A DNA stretch of 63,569 nucleotides, filler included, from Globobulimina sp. (GCA_003354225.1; 55 parts of 55 records of this genome joined end to end with filler, not necessarily neighbours in it), one strand, 5' to 3'. Counted from the first letter of the whole stretch, positions 24,169-36,958 are shown. Translations and numbers: made by a program. Notes: generated by a model not told the origin, from the sequence alone.

Positions 24169-24326
24169 TATGTCGATTTGCGACTAAGGGAAATAAGGAG
24201 TTTTCAAGATTTTCAAAATAACCTCGNNNNNNNNNNNNNNNNNNNNNNNNNNNNNNNNNNNNNNNNNNNNTTAATTAATTAANNNNNNNNNNNNNNNNNN
24301 NNNNNNNNNNNNNNNNNNNNNNNNNN

Positions 24327-24430
24327 CACCTACACATCCTCCACCTACACATCCTCCACCTACACATCCTCCACCTACACATCCTCCACCTACACATCCT
24401 CCACCTACTCATCCACCCCCACATCCACCT
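24327..24430 (+). repeat. 15-bp tandem repeat CCTCCACCTACACAT (would encode PPPTH repeats)
   Basis: About 5 perfect plus 2 degenerate units at contig start. Confidence 0.85.
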
Positions 24431-24873
24431 ACGCAACTACAACAATGGGCGAAATCCCCAGAACTAATTATTTGAACACAAATGAGAGAAGAAATGCCGT
24501 CATATATTAAGGCGGCGATAATGAGAAAGAATCCGCTTGCTAATTCGTCTGTGAAATTCAAATTGCTTGAAATGACCATTTTATTTGTATTCCAAATGAA
24601 TCGTTGATTGCGCACCAATATTAATTCAAATAACCAGCATATTCTTTTTGATCATCTACACGAATAGTTCTCAAAAGTTCTCACGTGATGTGGATTGTTA
24701 AATTGACTACTGCTAACTAACTATTTTCTAAGAGGCAATACTTAAAACTTCGAAGATCACTTAGTGCATTGCATGCCAGGAGCGTGGTTTGGTTAAAAGT
24801 ACTCATTCCACACCTCTCTAGTCATGTATATGCAATCAAAAAAGTAATTGCAAATTTGCCTCCACATAGATAT

Positions 24874-25075
24874 TTGACTTTTTAGGCTTAAACTTCTAAA
24901 CACTCCTTTTGTGATTGGCAAGGTTTTTGGGTTAGCTAGAGTGGTTTTCAACCTAGTATTCGAAGTTGACCTCGGTTTCGAATCCTAGTATTCAAAGTTG
25001 AAAACCACTCTAGCTAACCCAAAAACCTTGCCAATCACAAAAGAAGTGTTTAGAAGTTTAAGCCTAAAAAGTCAA
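24874..25075. mobile_element. MITE-like element, 79-bp TIRs (24874-24952 / 24997-25075), 44-bp core
   Basis: Arms differ by one base; second partial copy at 35902-35997. Confidence 0.85.
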
Positions 25076-25102
25076 TTGTATAATGGTAAATAAAACAAAA
25101 AT

Positions 25103-25172
25103 GGTCGCATAGCTCAAGCAGAGCACTGGGTCAATCCAGAAAATACAGGTTCGAATCCTGTGGCGACAGCCA
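25103..25172 (+). pseudogene. Degenerate tRNA-like sequence ending in CCA
   Basis: TAGCTC..GAGC D arm, ACAGG-TTCGAAT-CCTGT T arm, GTCGC/GCGAC acceptor pairing; anticodon arm shortened. Confidence 0.65.
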
Positions 25173-25484
25173 AACATTTTATGGAATGGATTTTGAATGG
25201 ATTAGATGAGTTAGAATAGAAAAAGTCAATGAAAAAAAAGGAATTTTGTGGTGATATGACACCACCAAACGGATGAAATTTTGAATAGAAAAAGAAAGAA
25301 TTTTGTGGTGATAACCACTACAAATAAAACAGGGAAAAGAAAATAAAAAATGGAAAAAATTGAAAAAGAGAACGGGAATTAAGTNNNNNNNNNNNNNNNN
25401 NNNNNNNNNNNNNNNNNNNNNNNNNNNNTTAATTAATTAANNNNNNNNNNNNNNNNNNNNNNNNNNNNNNNNNNNNNNNNNNNN

Positions 25485-26542
25485 TATTCGCGAGCATTGC
25501 AATTAGATGACTTGGATTATTTACGCAAGTCAGATCATTCCGAAAATTTATTCAAAGAATTTAATGAGTCATGGAAAATACAACAAAACAAAGCAGGAAG
25601 TAAACCTTCTGTATTAGGAGCAATTATGCGTTCCTTTGGGAAACCATTTTGGATTTCAGTGCCATTCAAAATCGCTTATGACATTTTATTATTTTCGGGA
25701 CCAGTACTTCTTGGATATTTTATTGAAGCGGCCAAGGAAGGAAACACCACCGATTTGTATTTTTATGCCAGCGTCTTTTTTCCTCTTCACATGCTGTCCT
25801 CGTTCCTGTTGCAGCAATATTTCCATCGTACACACTCAACTGGAATGAGAGCACGTGGCTGTTTATTAGCGGCTCTTTATGACAAAATATTGAGAATTAG
25901 CGTGTCTTCCAGAAACGAACAAACTACGGGTTACATAATGAATATTATTACCACGGACTGTAGCAAAATACAGCGTGTCTTCCAATATGTACTGGTGTTA
26001 ATATCCGCTCCTTTTCAAATTACAATCGCGATATGTTTGTTATACCAACAAATCCGATGGTCTGTGTTTGTTGGAGTGGCATTTCAAATGTTAATAATGT
26101 TACCGATACAAATGATCATTAATATGAAGACAAAAGCGCTGCAAAAGGAAGTAATGAAGTTAAGAGATTCGAGATTGTCTGTTGTCAATGAAGTGTTTGG
26201 GGCTATTAAAGTTATTAAAATGTATGCGTGGGAGTTGAGTTTTGGTAAAAAGATGAGTGATATTCGCGAGAAAGAATTGAAAATATTACTTAAATATTCT
26301 TTATATTATTCCTTCAACGTTGTTCTTTTTATGTTTGCATCGGTCTTTGTCAATTTATGCGCGTTTACAAGTTTTGTCGCATTTGGCGGGAAATTAAATG
26401 CGAAGAACACGTTTGTATCCATCGCATTATTCAATCAATTACGTTTTCCATTGGCCATGTTGCCAATGATTGTGGTGGCCGCCATTGAAGCCTCTGTTTC
26501 TTTGAAAAGAGTCAGATTGTTTTTATGTTCTACAGAAGTTAA
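25485..26542 (+). CDS. ABCC: ABC transporter subfamily C (MRP-like), TMD1 region (partial)
   Basis: GMRARGCLLAALYDKILR, TTGYIMN, IKVIKMYAWE, ALFNQLRFPLAMLP, EASVSLKRV. Confidence 0.93.
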
Positions 26543-26687
26543 NNNNNNNNNNNNNNNNNNNNNNNNNNNNNNNNNNNNNNNNNNNNTTAATTAATTAANN
26601 NNNNNNNNNNNNNNNNNNNNNNNNNNNNNNNNNNNNNNNNNNCGATTTCCAATGTGATTCTTTACTTTATTATTAATTTTGGATATA

Positions 26688-27700
26688 TTAGTATGAGATA
26701 AACTCGGAAGGCCTCCTCCATGGACCCCATAATGCACCGCTTTTATGCTTGTCATTGATCCAATTCGAGATCGCTATCTCTTGCGGGACTGTCGTGGGCA
26801 GGTTCCTTACCTTACTGCGCGAGAGGTCCTTCGTTCGGGAGACGTCGATGTCGAAACCGAACTCCAAGCCATTGAGTAAGTAGTCGGTGTCCAGTGGACA
26901 GCCGACGGAGACGCTTCTCCAGAACCCTAAATCGTAACCATAACGAGGCGGGAACGCGCTGCGGACTGCTGCCTTGAGGGTCTTTACGCACTCTTTGAGG
27001 ATTTTCCTGGCGCCTTTGGGAGCCTGAGAGTCAAAACAAACAAACGCAATGAATAAATTAAATAAAAAATTAATTTAACACATAAATAGGCTTAAAATGT
27101 AGCAGCGGCTGCTGCGAGGGCCTTCTTCTTTGCTGCAGCTAACTCGGCAGCTGTCCACTTGCGATGCTTGTGCGAGCAGTCGGCCGCTGACTTGTTGCAC
27201 TGGCCCATTCCGTGTAAATAAACGCAGAAGCCGGGTGGCACAAATGATGTGGACTCTGGATCTTTATAGATCGTCCAATCCGGGTCTCTTCTCTTCCGGG
27301 GATTCTTCGCAGGTCTCTTCTGCTTGACCGGTTTCACGGTGTAGGCACCTCTCTCGAACCCGGACAATTTTGCTTTGCCGAAGGTCGCATCCTTAATCGC
27401 CTCTCTTACATCGTCTAAGAAGTTGCCGCGGTTGGTGCGACCACCGATCTTCTGTCCCAAGATCTGGGCACATTCTACCTGTACCGATAGCGGATATCGG
27501 ATGCACAGGTTATTCAATTCCACAGCACAGAACATCATCAGTACTGTGACCGTCTCTTTTTGCACCGCCACCTGCTTCATTGAGAGTTTCCGTGAAGGTT
27601 TAATCGCTGCTAAGGCGCGGCGCGCTCTCTCCTGGATCAACGCATCCATCGCGAGTCTCGGAATGCCAACGATGACTATATGACGTCAATGTTGACTCTC
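26688..27700 (-). mobile_element. DIRS/Ngaro-like retrotransposon fragment: gag-like ORF with CCCH finger (to 27092) and RT N-terminal region (~27030-26688)
   Basis: FCVYLHGMGQCNKSAADCSHKH; second frame DYLLNGLEFGFDI..VRNLPT..ISNWI..GALWGPW typical of pre-RT region of tyrosine-recombinase retroelements; GC-rich relative to host. Confidence 0.7.
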
Positions 27701-28086
27701 NNNNNNNNNNNNNNNNNNNNNNNNNNNNNNNNNNNNNNNNNNNNTTAATTAATTAANNNNNNNNNNNNNNNNNNNNNNNNNNNNNNNNNNNNNNNNNNNN
27801 GTTCGATGTGTTTTAATGTGGATAGCAATGTTTTCTTATCTTTGTTCGAAGCCATTTTATACGTTTTCTTGTGGTTTTATATGAATTAAGAAAGAAGTTA
27901 AATAAACATGAAAGTTGACATGTTACTCAGGTGAAAAACATTGATGCTAAACCTTTTCGGCTCTGAAATAAAAGATGATGCGTCCTAAGGATTTCAATAA
28001 AGAATATTGCTACCGCTTACTGCGTCAAAATTTGCTAAAACCATGGTGGAATGTATATAGTTTGTGAGACTGAAAACATTTGAACC

Positions 28087-28858
28087 ATGACCATGGCTCC
28101 AAGAGTGGTCTTTTATTTTACAACACTATTTCTGCTCAACATGATCGAGACTCAACTGCTATTTAAAAAATCAGTTTGTAATACTGATTCATGCATTAAT
28201 TTAAATCCTCCACCAAGCCTCCACATAGCATGCAAAGCCGCATTTTGTGAGTTGGAATGTAGCACAGCCAACGCATGCAACAATATACTATACACTTGCG
28301 GAGACATTGATGATTACGATGTCCTCCACGCCAACGAAACAAGTACCTGTACAATAAACTGTCTATCCGCAAATAGTTGCGGTAATCTAACAGTAGTCTC
28401 CAACAGTGGCGAGACGCAAATCAATTGCCATACTCCTGATTCCTGTATTAATTCCCATTTCGTTTGTAACCCATCCTCGCAAATCAACGCGCTTTCCATT
28501 ATAGAGACGCAATGTAACCTGGACTGTACAATGCAATCCTGTCGACATGTAAACTATTTATGCACCGGCTATGTATCAACCTGTTCTGCGCAATGCAGTG
28601 ATGCGGAATCATGCCGTTCATTGGATATGACATGCGATCAACATCTAACCCCAAGGACTAACTCAATGCAATGTGATTTATTCTGTGGTGCGTCATGTGA
28701 TGCACAGTCTAAATTCAGTTGCACCAAATCAAGTAATGCACAATGCGAATGTACTGGGAATTGCAATGCATTGCTTAAGTATGGCGTTGATACCCTCTCC
28801 CCGAAAATGCTGCCAACTCGCTCTCTCTTATTAATGCCAACCAAACCGCCAAGTACTG
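28087..28858 (+). CDS. Secreted Cys-rich repeat protein (C.I.C....SC repeats), partial
   Basis: Signal peptide; repeated CTINCLSANSC, QINCHTPDSC, CNLDCTMQSC units. Confidence 0.75.
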
Positions 28859-28958
28859 NNNNNNNNNNNNNNNNNNNNNNNNNNNNNNNNNNNNNNNNNN
28901 NNTTAATTAATTAANNNNNNNNNNNNNNNNNNNNNNNNNNNNNNNNNNNNNNNNNNNN

Positions 28959-29900
28959 GCATCTTTTTTAAATTCATCGGTAAGAGCAGACAGCTCAGGT
29001 TTTAACTGGGCGACTTTATCGGCGTATTGCATAATTAATTTTGCATCGGGACAATCTCGCGATAAATTTAAGTCATTGGAGGATTGTAATGGATATTTAT
29101 GCTCTTCTGTTCGTTCGTAGATTTCCCAATGTTTCTTGCCTTCGATTTGCAATACAAATACTTCGACATCGTCCCAATGCGGCGCTAATCCCTGTTTCTT
29201 GCTGGGTGTTATGTACACATTGCACCCGACTTCTACACCAAAATGAGATTCCAATAAGGTAATCATTGTAGCAATGTCATTGGAAAACTGTTTTGTTTTC
29301 GTTTTTGTGTTGTTTTGAATTTGAATTTGAATGAAGGGAAACAGCACTAAACATGTTGGGGATGATGGAATTGCACAGTATATCCCGCTTGAATTATTTT
29401 TTGAAATTGAGGTGTTGTGATTTTATCATTACGTTTAATGAAATCTGCTTCTTCTTCTTTGTTACCGTCATAACGCTGGGGAGGATTTAACAAAATATTT
29501 AGATTTTTTGCTGAAGGGACAAATACAAAATGCATACTTTACATATCATGTGTTGACCAAATAGCAATTCATTTTCTTTTATTATTTGATAAATGTTTTT
29601 GAAATCAAATTTTACGTTATGTTTTTTATAATAACTAATGTTTTTCCGTGCAATAAATAATGGTTTTATACCAAAATACTGTTTGAAAAATGTATCAACG
29701 GATATCTTTTCTTTATTAAATAATAGCCACGAAATACAAGTTTGTGGTGATGATTTCCACGCATTCTGCTTATTTTGTTTGTTATTCCGGTTATTTTGGT
29801 TTTTCTTGTTATTCTTGTTTTTGTTTGTTTTTCGTTTCTTTTTTGGTGGTCGTTTTGTATCAATTGACCTATCTGCTCTTCGCTTTTTATTGCTTTGCAT
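28959..29900 (-). CDS. RIOX1: JmjC ribosomal oxygenase (RIOX1/NO66-like), partial; introns 29476-29537 and 29288-29352
   Basis: FFKQYFGIKPLFIAR, VGCNVYITP..QGLAPHWDDVEVFVLQIEGKKHW. Confidence 0.85.
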
Positions 29901-30116
29901 GCCGGCAAAAGTATAAAAACAGATTTTCAAAGTTCAGCGGTTTTTTCAATAAAAGTTTATATACAGTACGTGCACTCAGTTTATTGTTATAAAGAGATTT
30001 AATGTTGAAGAAGAAANNNNNNNNNNNNNNNNNNNNNNNNNNNNNNNNNNNNNNNNNNNNTTAATTAATTAANNNNNNNNNNNNNNNNNNNNNNNNNNNN
30101 NNNNNNNNNNNNNNNN

Positions 30117-30410
30117 AAACTATATAATACATGAAGAAAAGCTCAGAAATAGCGATATAATAATTGCAACTGACTCACACGAAAAAAGAACAAGCCTTAC
30201 TGGAATTGGTATATTCATTGGCTACGGAGGATTTCTGAGTCTGCCTGGCCAGACTGAACTCCGGAACACACACCTTTAAAATATTGATGTTCTATCTGTC
30301 CAATATTCTTTCTTCTGCATGGAGTTACTATGTACGATTTGGCATAAACAGAGCACTGCCAGCTACATCAACGGTACATTAAATGCGCGTGCAATCAAAT
30401 TATTAAAAGT
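30117..30410 (+). pseudogene. Degraded retroelement RNase H-like remnant
   Basis: IIIATDS..TGIGIF in one frame and YINGTLNARA in another, with stops and frameshifts. Confidence 0.35.
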
Positions 30411-30512
30411 TGCGTGCAATCAAACTTGTTTCTCATTCGTTTAGATTTGTGTGATTTATACCATTCTTAATAATTATCCAATCTGTTAAGTTCACAGTTC
30501 ACTGATCCAAAC

Positions 30513-31173
30513 ATGGAGGTCGCTCAAAATGGTGGTGATGGATACCGATTTGTCAATTTTGACATCGATTTGCAGGAAATAATAAACGCCACATGGGAGG
30601 CAGCAAAAGAACAATTCGCTTCATCAAAACCTGTGGAAGAAATGTATGATTGGTATTATGAGCATAAAGTGGTACTTTCTGTGGCTGCATTATTTGTGAT
30701 TTTATTGGGTATTTCATTTATGGTCATGGCTGTTTATGCAATAATCCGCTTTAACAAATTAATAACAAGGTATCTCATTTGGTTTTGCATAAAAAGTTGG
30801 TATGGAATTTTATTCTTATTTATTGTAGTTATGGTTTTGGTATTTTGTGCTGATGATATTGTGGCAACAAAAATTAAATTTGGCATTACAGACAAATTTA
30901 TTTTGAAAGTGGAGCCTCGCTCCGATTTTATGATGTCAAATGGTTCTGATGTGTATCGAGACCCATTGTATCAAGAATTTATTAACAAAGGCAGCGCGTA
31001 CATCAAAGGTGTGGTTGATAAACTGGATGTTTGCTCGGAAGAATTATCTGCTCTTAATAAAGAATACGAAGTATTTATAATTGAATTTGAGCGATTTACA
31101 AATAAAAATGCACGCTACGTTTATCAAAAGTGGTATGATTACTATGTAAAAGGTGAAAATTATGAAGACTATG
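30513..31173 (+). CDS. Hypothetical two-TM protein (partial)
   Basis: Long ORF with two hydrophobic segments. Confidence 0.55.
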
Positions 31174-31273
31174 NNNNNNNNNNNNNNNNNNNNNNNNNNN
31201 NNNNNNNNNNNNNNNNNTTAATTAATTAANNNNNNNNNNNNNNNNNNNNNNNNNNNNNNNNNNNNNNNNNNNN

Positions 31274-32289
31274 AATTTATTTATGATTCTGCGAAAACAA
31301 ACACAAAAATAAAATCATTCGTTTTCTACGGACTACAAACCTGGTCACATTCTGTTATATTATTATTACATATTATTTCATGTTTTGTTTATATTATAAT
31401 CAGAATTAAAATTACATTTATTAGCAATAATAGTTTATGGGATATCGATCAATATGTTGATTTTTGTCATAATGTGGTTGCGTATAAGTTGTTTGTTGTA
31501 ATTTTTCCAAACTATTTATTTTTGATATTTCTATGTTGTGCCATATTACGAAGTGAATTTGTAAGATTATCATTAACGGCACCGAATAGTGGCTTTTTTA
31601 ATAAAGATTTCTGTTTCATTCCAATTATTATTATTACAATATTTTTATGTATAATATGTGGATTATTTCATAGTATTTCTCTGACCGTTCAAGTGACTGA
31701 TTATGAAATTGTATCTTTTGGTGGGATCACAGGTTGTTTTCCTCAAAAAATTCCAAGTGCATTTATTCGAAATTATAATGATATTATGTGGTCCATATGC
31801 ATTATTTTATCATTTATTACGTTTTTAGTACCATTATGTTTACAAGCAAAGTTGCTTAAAAATATTACAAATTCACAAAAGAATGATGATATTAAAGTAT
31901 TATTGAAGAGATTAAAACAACTTAAAATCAGAGTATGTGTTCCTGGAATTGTATGTAATTTATCATTGGTCGTTGGAAGGAAATTTATTCAATATTCTGA
32001 TATAACTGATTATAACACCAATTACATAAAAATATTACTATGGATAGTATTGTACGTAAATCTTTATTTTGTAATGATATTTGTTTACAGTGATTGGAAA
32101 CAAAGAGTATGTTCAATATGTATCCGTTGTAGTATTTGTACATGTTGTAAAAAAAAGAAAATTAAAAAGAAGGATGATATCATCACACCACACTTTGTTC
32201 CAATGGTCTCACAATCATCAAAAACAAAATTACAAACTGCAGCAGTTGCAGTTGTTGAAGAAAAGGACGATGAAATCACACCTCCTTAA
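31274..32289 (+). CDS. Multi-pass (7TM/GPCR-like) membrane protein (5' partial)
   Basis: At least five TM helices, Cys/basic C-terminal tail. Confidence 0.6.
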
Positions 32290-33587
32290 TTTATATCTAT
32301 TGTTTAAATATATTAATATATGCTATTTTTNNNNNNNNNNNNNNNNNNNNNNNNNNNNNNNNNNNNNNNNNNNNTTAATTAATTAANNNNNNNNNNNNNN
32401 NNNNNNNNNNNNNNNNNNNNNNNNNNNNNNATTGGTGGAAAGAGCGCATGGAAGATATTGGAAATTGTTTTGTAATCACATAAAAATAGCACATTGTGGC
32501 CATATTTCTGACATTACAGAAACGCTTTTGTATCCTTGCACTTTCATAAAATTCTCTAATTCAAATCCGCTTAATTTATTTCTTTGTTTTGTTGTAATAT
32601 TAAATACAAATGCACCAATATACTGTGAGTTTTTTTTGGCATCTTTTTAAATTCACTACAACCTTCGCCTTCACCTTCTCTTTTCAACATACCATCATCA
32701 TCATCTCTGCGTAGATTGGCAAACAATTGCAATGACAAATGACGACGGTACGCAGATTTCTCTTTTAATTCTTTGAATTTAAGATGAGAATTAAACTCTA
32801 ACCCAGCTCATCTGATTTTTAACATCGAATCAAAAATAAACAAATTAAATTAAAATGATGAGAAAAGACCGAGTTACAAACAAATCTGAGACACACACAC
32901 ACAAAAAAGCAGAATATATTTGTCAATGTATTGTATTAAATTAAATGTATTGCATTGCAAAATAAATAGCATCAAAAACAGAATTTTCCTGAAGTTTCAG
33001 AATGAAAAACTAGATTATTTGCTGACCAATGAATTGATCAATGTTTAGTATTTAATTATTTTTAAATGATGAGATGATAAAATAATAAAAACACTGAGAA
33101 ATCTCTGATTTTAATCCTTTATTCTAATAACAACTGTGTTTCTGATACAGATCTATATTCTAAACATTTTTGCTTTGCTCTTTTTGTATTTTATTATATC
33201 TGATTCTGAGCATAATTCATAATATTTAGAGCATGGACATGGCGCAGAATATTTTGAAAAGCAAACAGGTAAAATATTTCTACATTTTGCCAAGAGTTGT
33301 AATGATGAGATGTTTCAATTCAATTCAATCCAATCTGAAAATGATGATGAAGTACAAATACACGAGCCTCTTAACTCTGAGCAAAATATATTTATGCATT
33401 TTATCTCTCTTTTTTTGCTGGGCAAATATTAATATTTTTTGTTGAATATATCTAGGTATTTATCGATTATATTTTGTGATTTGTTCTNNNNNNNNNNNNN
33501 NNNNNNNNNNNNNNNNNNNNNNNNNNNNNNNTTAATTAATTAANNNNNNNNNNNNNNNNNNNNNNNNNNNNNNNNNNNNNNNNNNNN

Positions 33588-33915
33588 ATGGTTTTTGGGA
33601 CAAAATATCGGTGATATTTTCGTTTTTTGGAATTGGGACTGATATTTTTGGTTTTTGGGTATCGCGATCCCCGAAGGGGTCGCGATGTCCCAATAAACAA
33701 AAAATATCTATCAGTCCCATATTCCGAATAAACGAAAATATTTAACTGATATTTTGTCACAATAAACCGTAATATGCCTATGATATCTCAGATTTCCTCT
33801 AAATTTAACATAAAATTCTTCTCATAATTCACATGTTGATATTTTCAGATTTCGGCACCCAAATTTTGAAAATATCACCGATTTTGGTCTGATATTTTGT
33901 CTTTTAGGGGACAAT
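33588..33915. repeat. Structured repeat: 15-bp inverted pair (33607-33621/33868-33882), GC hairpin 33661-33686, recurring GATATTTT
   Basis: ATCGGTGATATTTTC / GAAAATATCACCGAT; ATCGCGATCCCC-GAA-GGGGTCGCGAT. Confidence 0.55.
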
Positions 33916-34918
33916 CGGAGATATCAGCATGAGAGGTGCAATGATAAATCGTAAAGATGAGAATGATTGTTGGCACTGTAACAGATAATGAAAGTTTTTT
34001 GAAGTGTTCAGCAAATTATTACTAAATATTATTAATGTCGCAGAGTATCTCAATCGGTGAATTTCAGGTATAATGATTTACCGCTTATTGTTGCAATCAA
34101 TTACGTACATAACTTTAAAGGACGATCAACCAGTAATTGATTTAACAGATATTAGCATTGTATTACAATTTGCAGAGTGTGTTAAGAACTTATCGACTGC
34201 TCATAGACAATCCATTTGGTCACAAAATGTGCATTTTAATCGTTCCATGCAATCCCAAACAATGTCACAGAGTCAAATTAACGATATATTGTTATTCCTT
34301 ATCATCATTTATGGAAAAGTTAACTTTATAAGCTTTCTTTTCTTTTCTTTTCTTTGTATTGTGTCTGACTGTCTTATTACTGTCAATGAAGGAACAATAT
34401 CCAGACGAAGAAGAACAATTAATTGCCAAATTAAAACTGTTCATTGCATCATCGCCGTTTATTGCAATGACAAAATACATTCAAAAAACATATTTTCCAT
34501 TATATTGTGATGAATTTGTACATAATAACAATTATTTTTCATCAATGATAGAAGATTATGGTACAACAATAAGCAAATATGGTAACTCATCCATGCGATC
34601 ATTGAGATGTATGAGGTGCGCCTCTGAATGCACTGAAACTGAAANNNNNNNNNNNNNNNNNNNNNNNNNNNNNNNNNNNNNNNNNNNNTTAATTAATTAA
34701 NNNNNNNNNNNNNNNNNNNNNNNNNNNNNNNNNNNNNNNNNNNNGATGTTCCAAAGGGACAAGAATCACTTTTTAGAACGCTTGCAGCTAAAGCCCTTCG
34801 GTAGTAAACAGAAAAGTTTTTTCGAATGTTTAACCTCCGAACTTAAATGGCAGTAGTCTAATGTTGAAAACTTACTCAATGAAAATCTCAAAACAAGCTG
34901 AGAAAACATTTTTTTATA

Positions 34919-35801
34919 ATGGCATCAGAATGCAAACTAACACCTCCCTCTGCCTGGCTCATGATATATCGAGATAAACCAACGATTAATTGGTACGCTT
35001 GTTGTGTCGACAATATAAAAGCAATGCGATTCAAATTAAAAGTAATATCATATGGTAGTGGTGGACTGCCAGAATTAACAAATTATTTATCAGCAAAAGC
35101 AATGGCAACACAAGCTATCTTTGCTGAGTTGTTAGTTAATGAAGTTCCCAATGAAAAACAGTATAAACTGATAAATTTACAATGGATTGGCAGTCAGTTA
35201 AGGTTTATGGCGAAGGCAAAAATAGCAGCACAAATAGATTCAATTTTGAATGAATTTCCTGTGAGACATTTAGAAATTAAATTGAATGAAACAAAGCTTG
35301 ATTTAATATCTCCGCATAAGTTAGAAAAGAGATTGAATTCATACAGAGGACCATATAAAGTAAAATATAATTTCATTGTCAAATGTTATCACCACAACAA
35401 TACCAATGATGCATTTGATAGCAATAGCAAGTGGAAAATGGATTGTTTGCTGAAACAAAACGAAAACTTACAAGCAAAAGTCAATGAATTATCTATAAAA
35501 TTAGCACAGAAACAGCAAGAAATTGATCTTTTAATATTAACCCAAAGGCAGCAAAATGTTGAATTGAAAGAAAACGATAAAGATTTTTGTGTAGCGTCCT
35601 TTCATTTGTTTATGGATCGCCATATCAAAGTTGATGAAATTAAAAAATCGTTTTTGCAGAATGCAAAGTATAATGATATCCGAATGATGATATATTTGGA
35701 TGCGGATATATTATATGAGATTGGTATTAATAGTAAAATATTTATCAAAATTGTGTTAAATGAATGCAAACAATTAATTGAAGCTCAAACAGAATTTATA
35801 A
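34919..35801 (+). CDS. Hypothetical protein with coiled coil and C-terminal SAM-like domain (partial)
   Basis: Heptad region LQAKVNELSIKL; DIRMMIYLDADILYEIGI motif. Confidence 0.55.
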
Positions 35802-35901
35802 NNNNNNNNNNNNNNNNNNNNNNNNNNNNNNNNNNNNNNNNNNNNTTAATTAATTAANNNNNNNNNNNNNNNNNNNNNNNNNNNNNNNNNNNNNNNNNNN
35901 N

Positions 35902-35997
35902 GAATCCTAGTATTCAAAGTTGAAAACCACTCTAGCTAACCCAAAAACATTGCCAATCACAAAAGAAGTGTTCAGAAGTTTAAGCCTAAAAAGTCAA
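35902..35997. mobile_element. Second copy (right half) of the MITE at 24874-25075
   Basis: Matches 24980-25075 with two substitutions. Confidence 0.85.
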
Positions 35998-36148
35998 ATA
36001 GTTTTTTGGTGTTTTGAAGAAAGTGACTTTCGAGCACTTTTGCATAAATTAGAAGTCCGGCTCACTGCTAAACAAAACATGCGCAAAAACTCTAATTTAT
36101 GCAATTAATCCACTCAAAAACTGCACCCGATATCACAAAGCGAACATC

Positions 36149-36958
36149 ATGGCTTTCTTATACAGTGATCTAACCGAAGTATCCCCATATTTAAAAGCAC
36201 GCAAAAAATTCTATACACCCGACGCGTGGACAAAAATGATAAATGCTCTGAAAACAGTTACTCATCTCTTCCAACATCCATTTAATTTCCCACTCACTTA
36301 CATGACATACAAATATGCCTCGCCAGAGCACAACATTATATATAGGTAATTTATCTTTCTATACTGACGAAGAGCAGGTCTATACATTATTTTCTTTATG
36401 TGGCCCTGTTAGGAGGGTAATTATGGGCATCCATAAATACACTCACTTACCCTGCGGATTCTGCTTTGTTGAGTTTAGTTGTACATCAAATCCATTTTTC
36501 TTATCCTATCCTTGCACCTAAGTCATTATTCAACTATGAATAGATATTATTTCCATCGCGACGCCATGGCAGCAAGAAACTATTTGAATGGCACGAAATT
36601 GGATGATCGTATCGTGCGCGTTGACTTAGATCCCGGTTTTGAGGCCGGACGGCAGTTTGGGAGAGGTACCACTGGCGGACAGGTACGGGATGATCGGAGA
36701 CATGAATATGATGAGGGAAGAGGTGGTCTGCCACCAAGACATAAGCAGAGATTAGAAAAACATGCCATTACATCTGGCACACTGATTGGACCCACTTCGG
36801 GGCCTCTAAATAATCAGAATACGAATAGACATCGCTATGAACGCAATATGACTGCGAATAATACAAATACAGCCAAGAAAGAAGAGGAACATAAAGATAT
36901 GAAACAAATCAATGAGAATAATGGTAGTGATGGTAAGAATGGTAAGGTTGGTGAGGAT
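36149..36958 (+). CDS. NCBP2: Nuclear cap-binding protein subunit 2 (CBP20); introns 36257-36326 and 36473-36543; 3' partial
   Basis: [58 protein letters not shown]. Confidence 0.95.

Noticed and set aside
25103-25172. Functional tRNA gene
   Set aside because: Anticodon arm is 14 nt instead of 17 and the acceptor stem has two mismatches; no anticodon can be assigned
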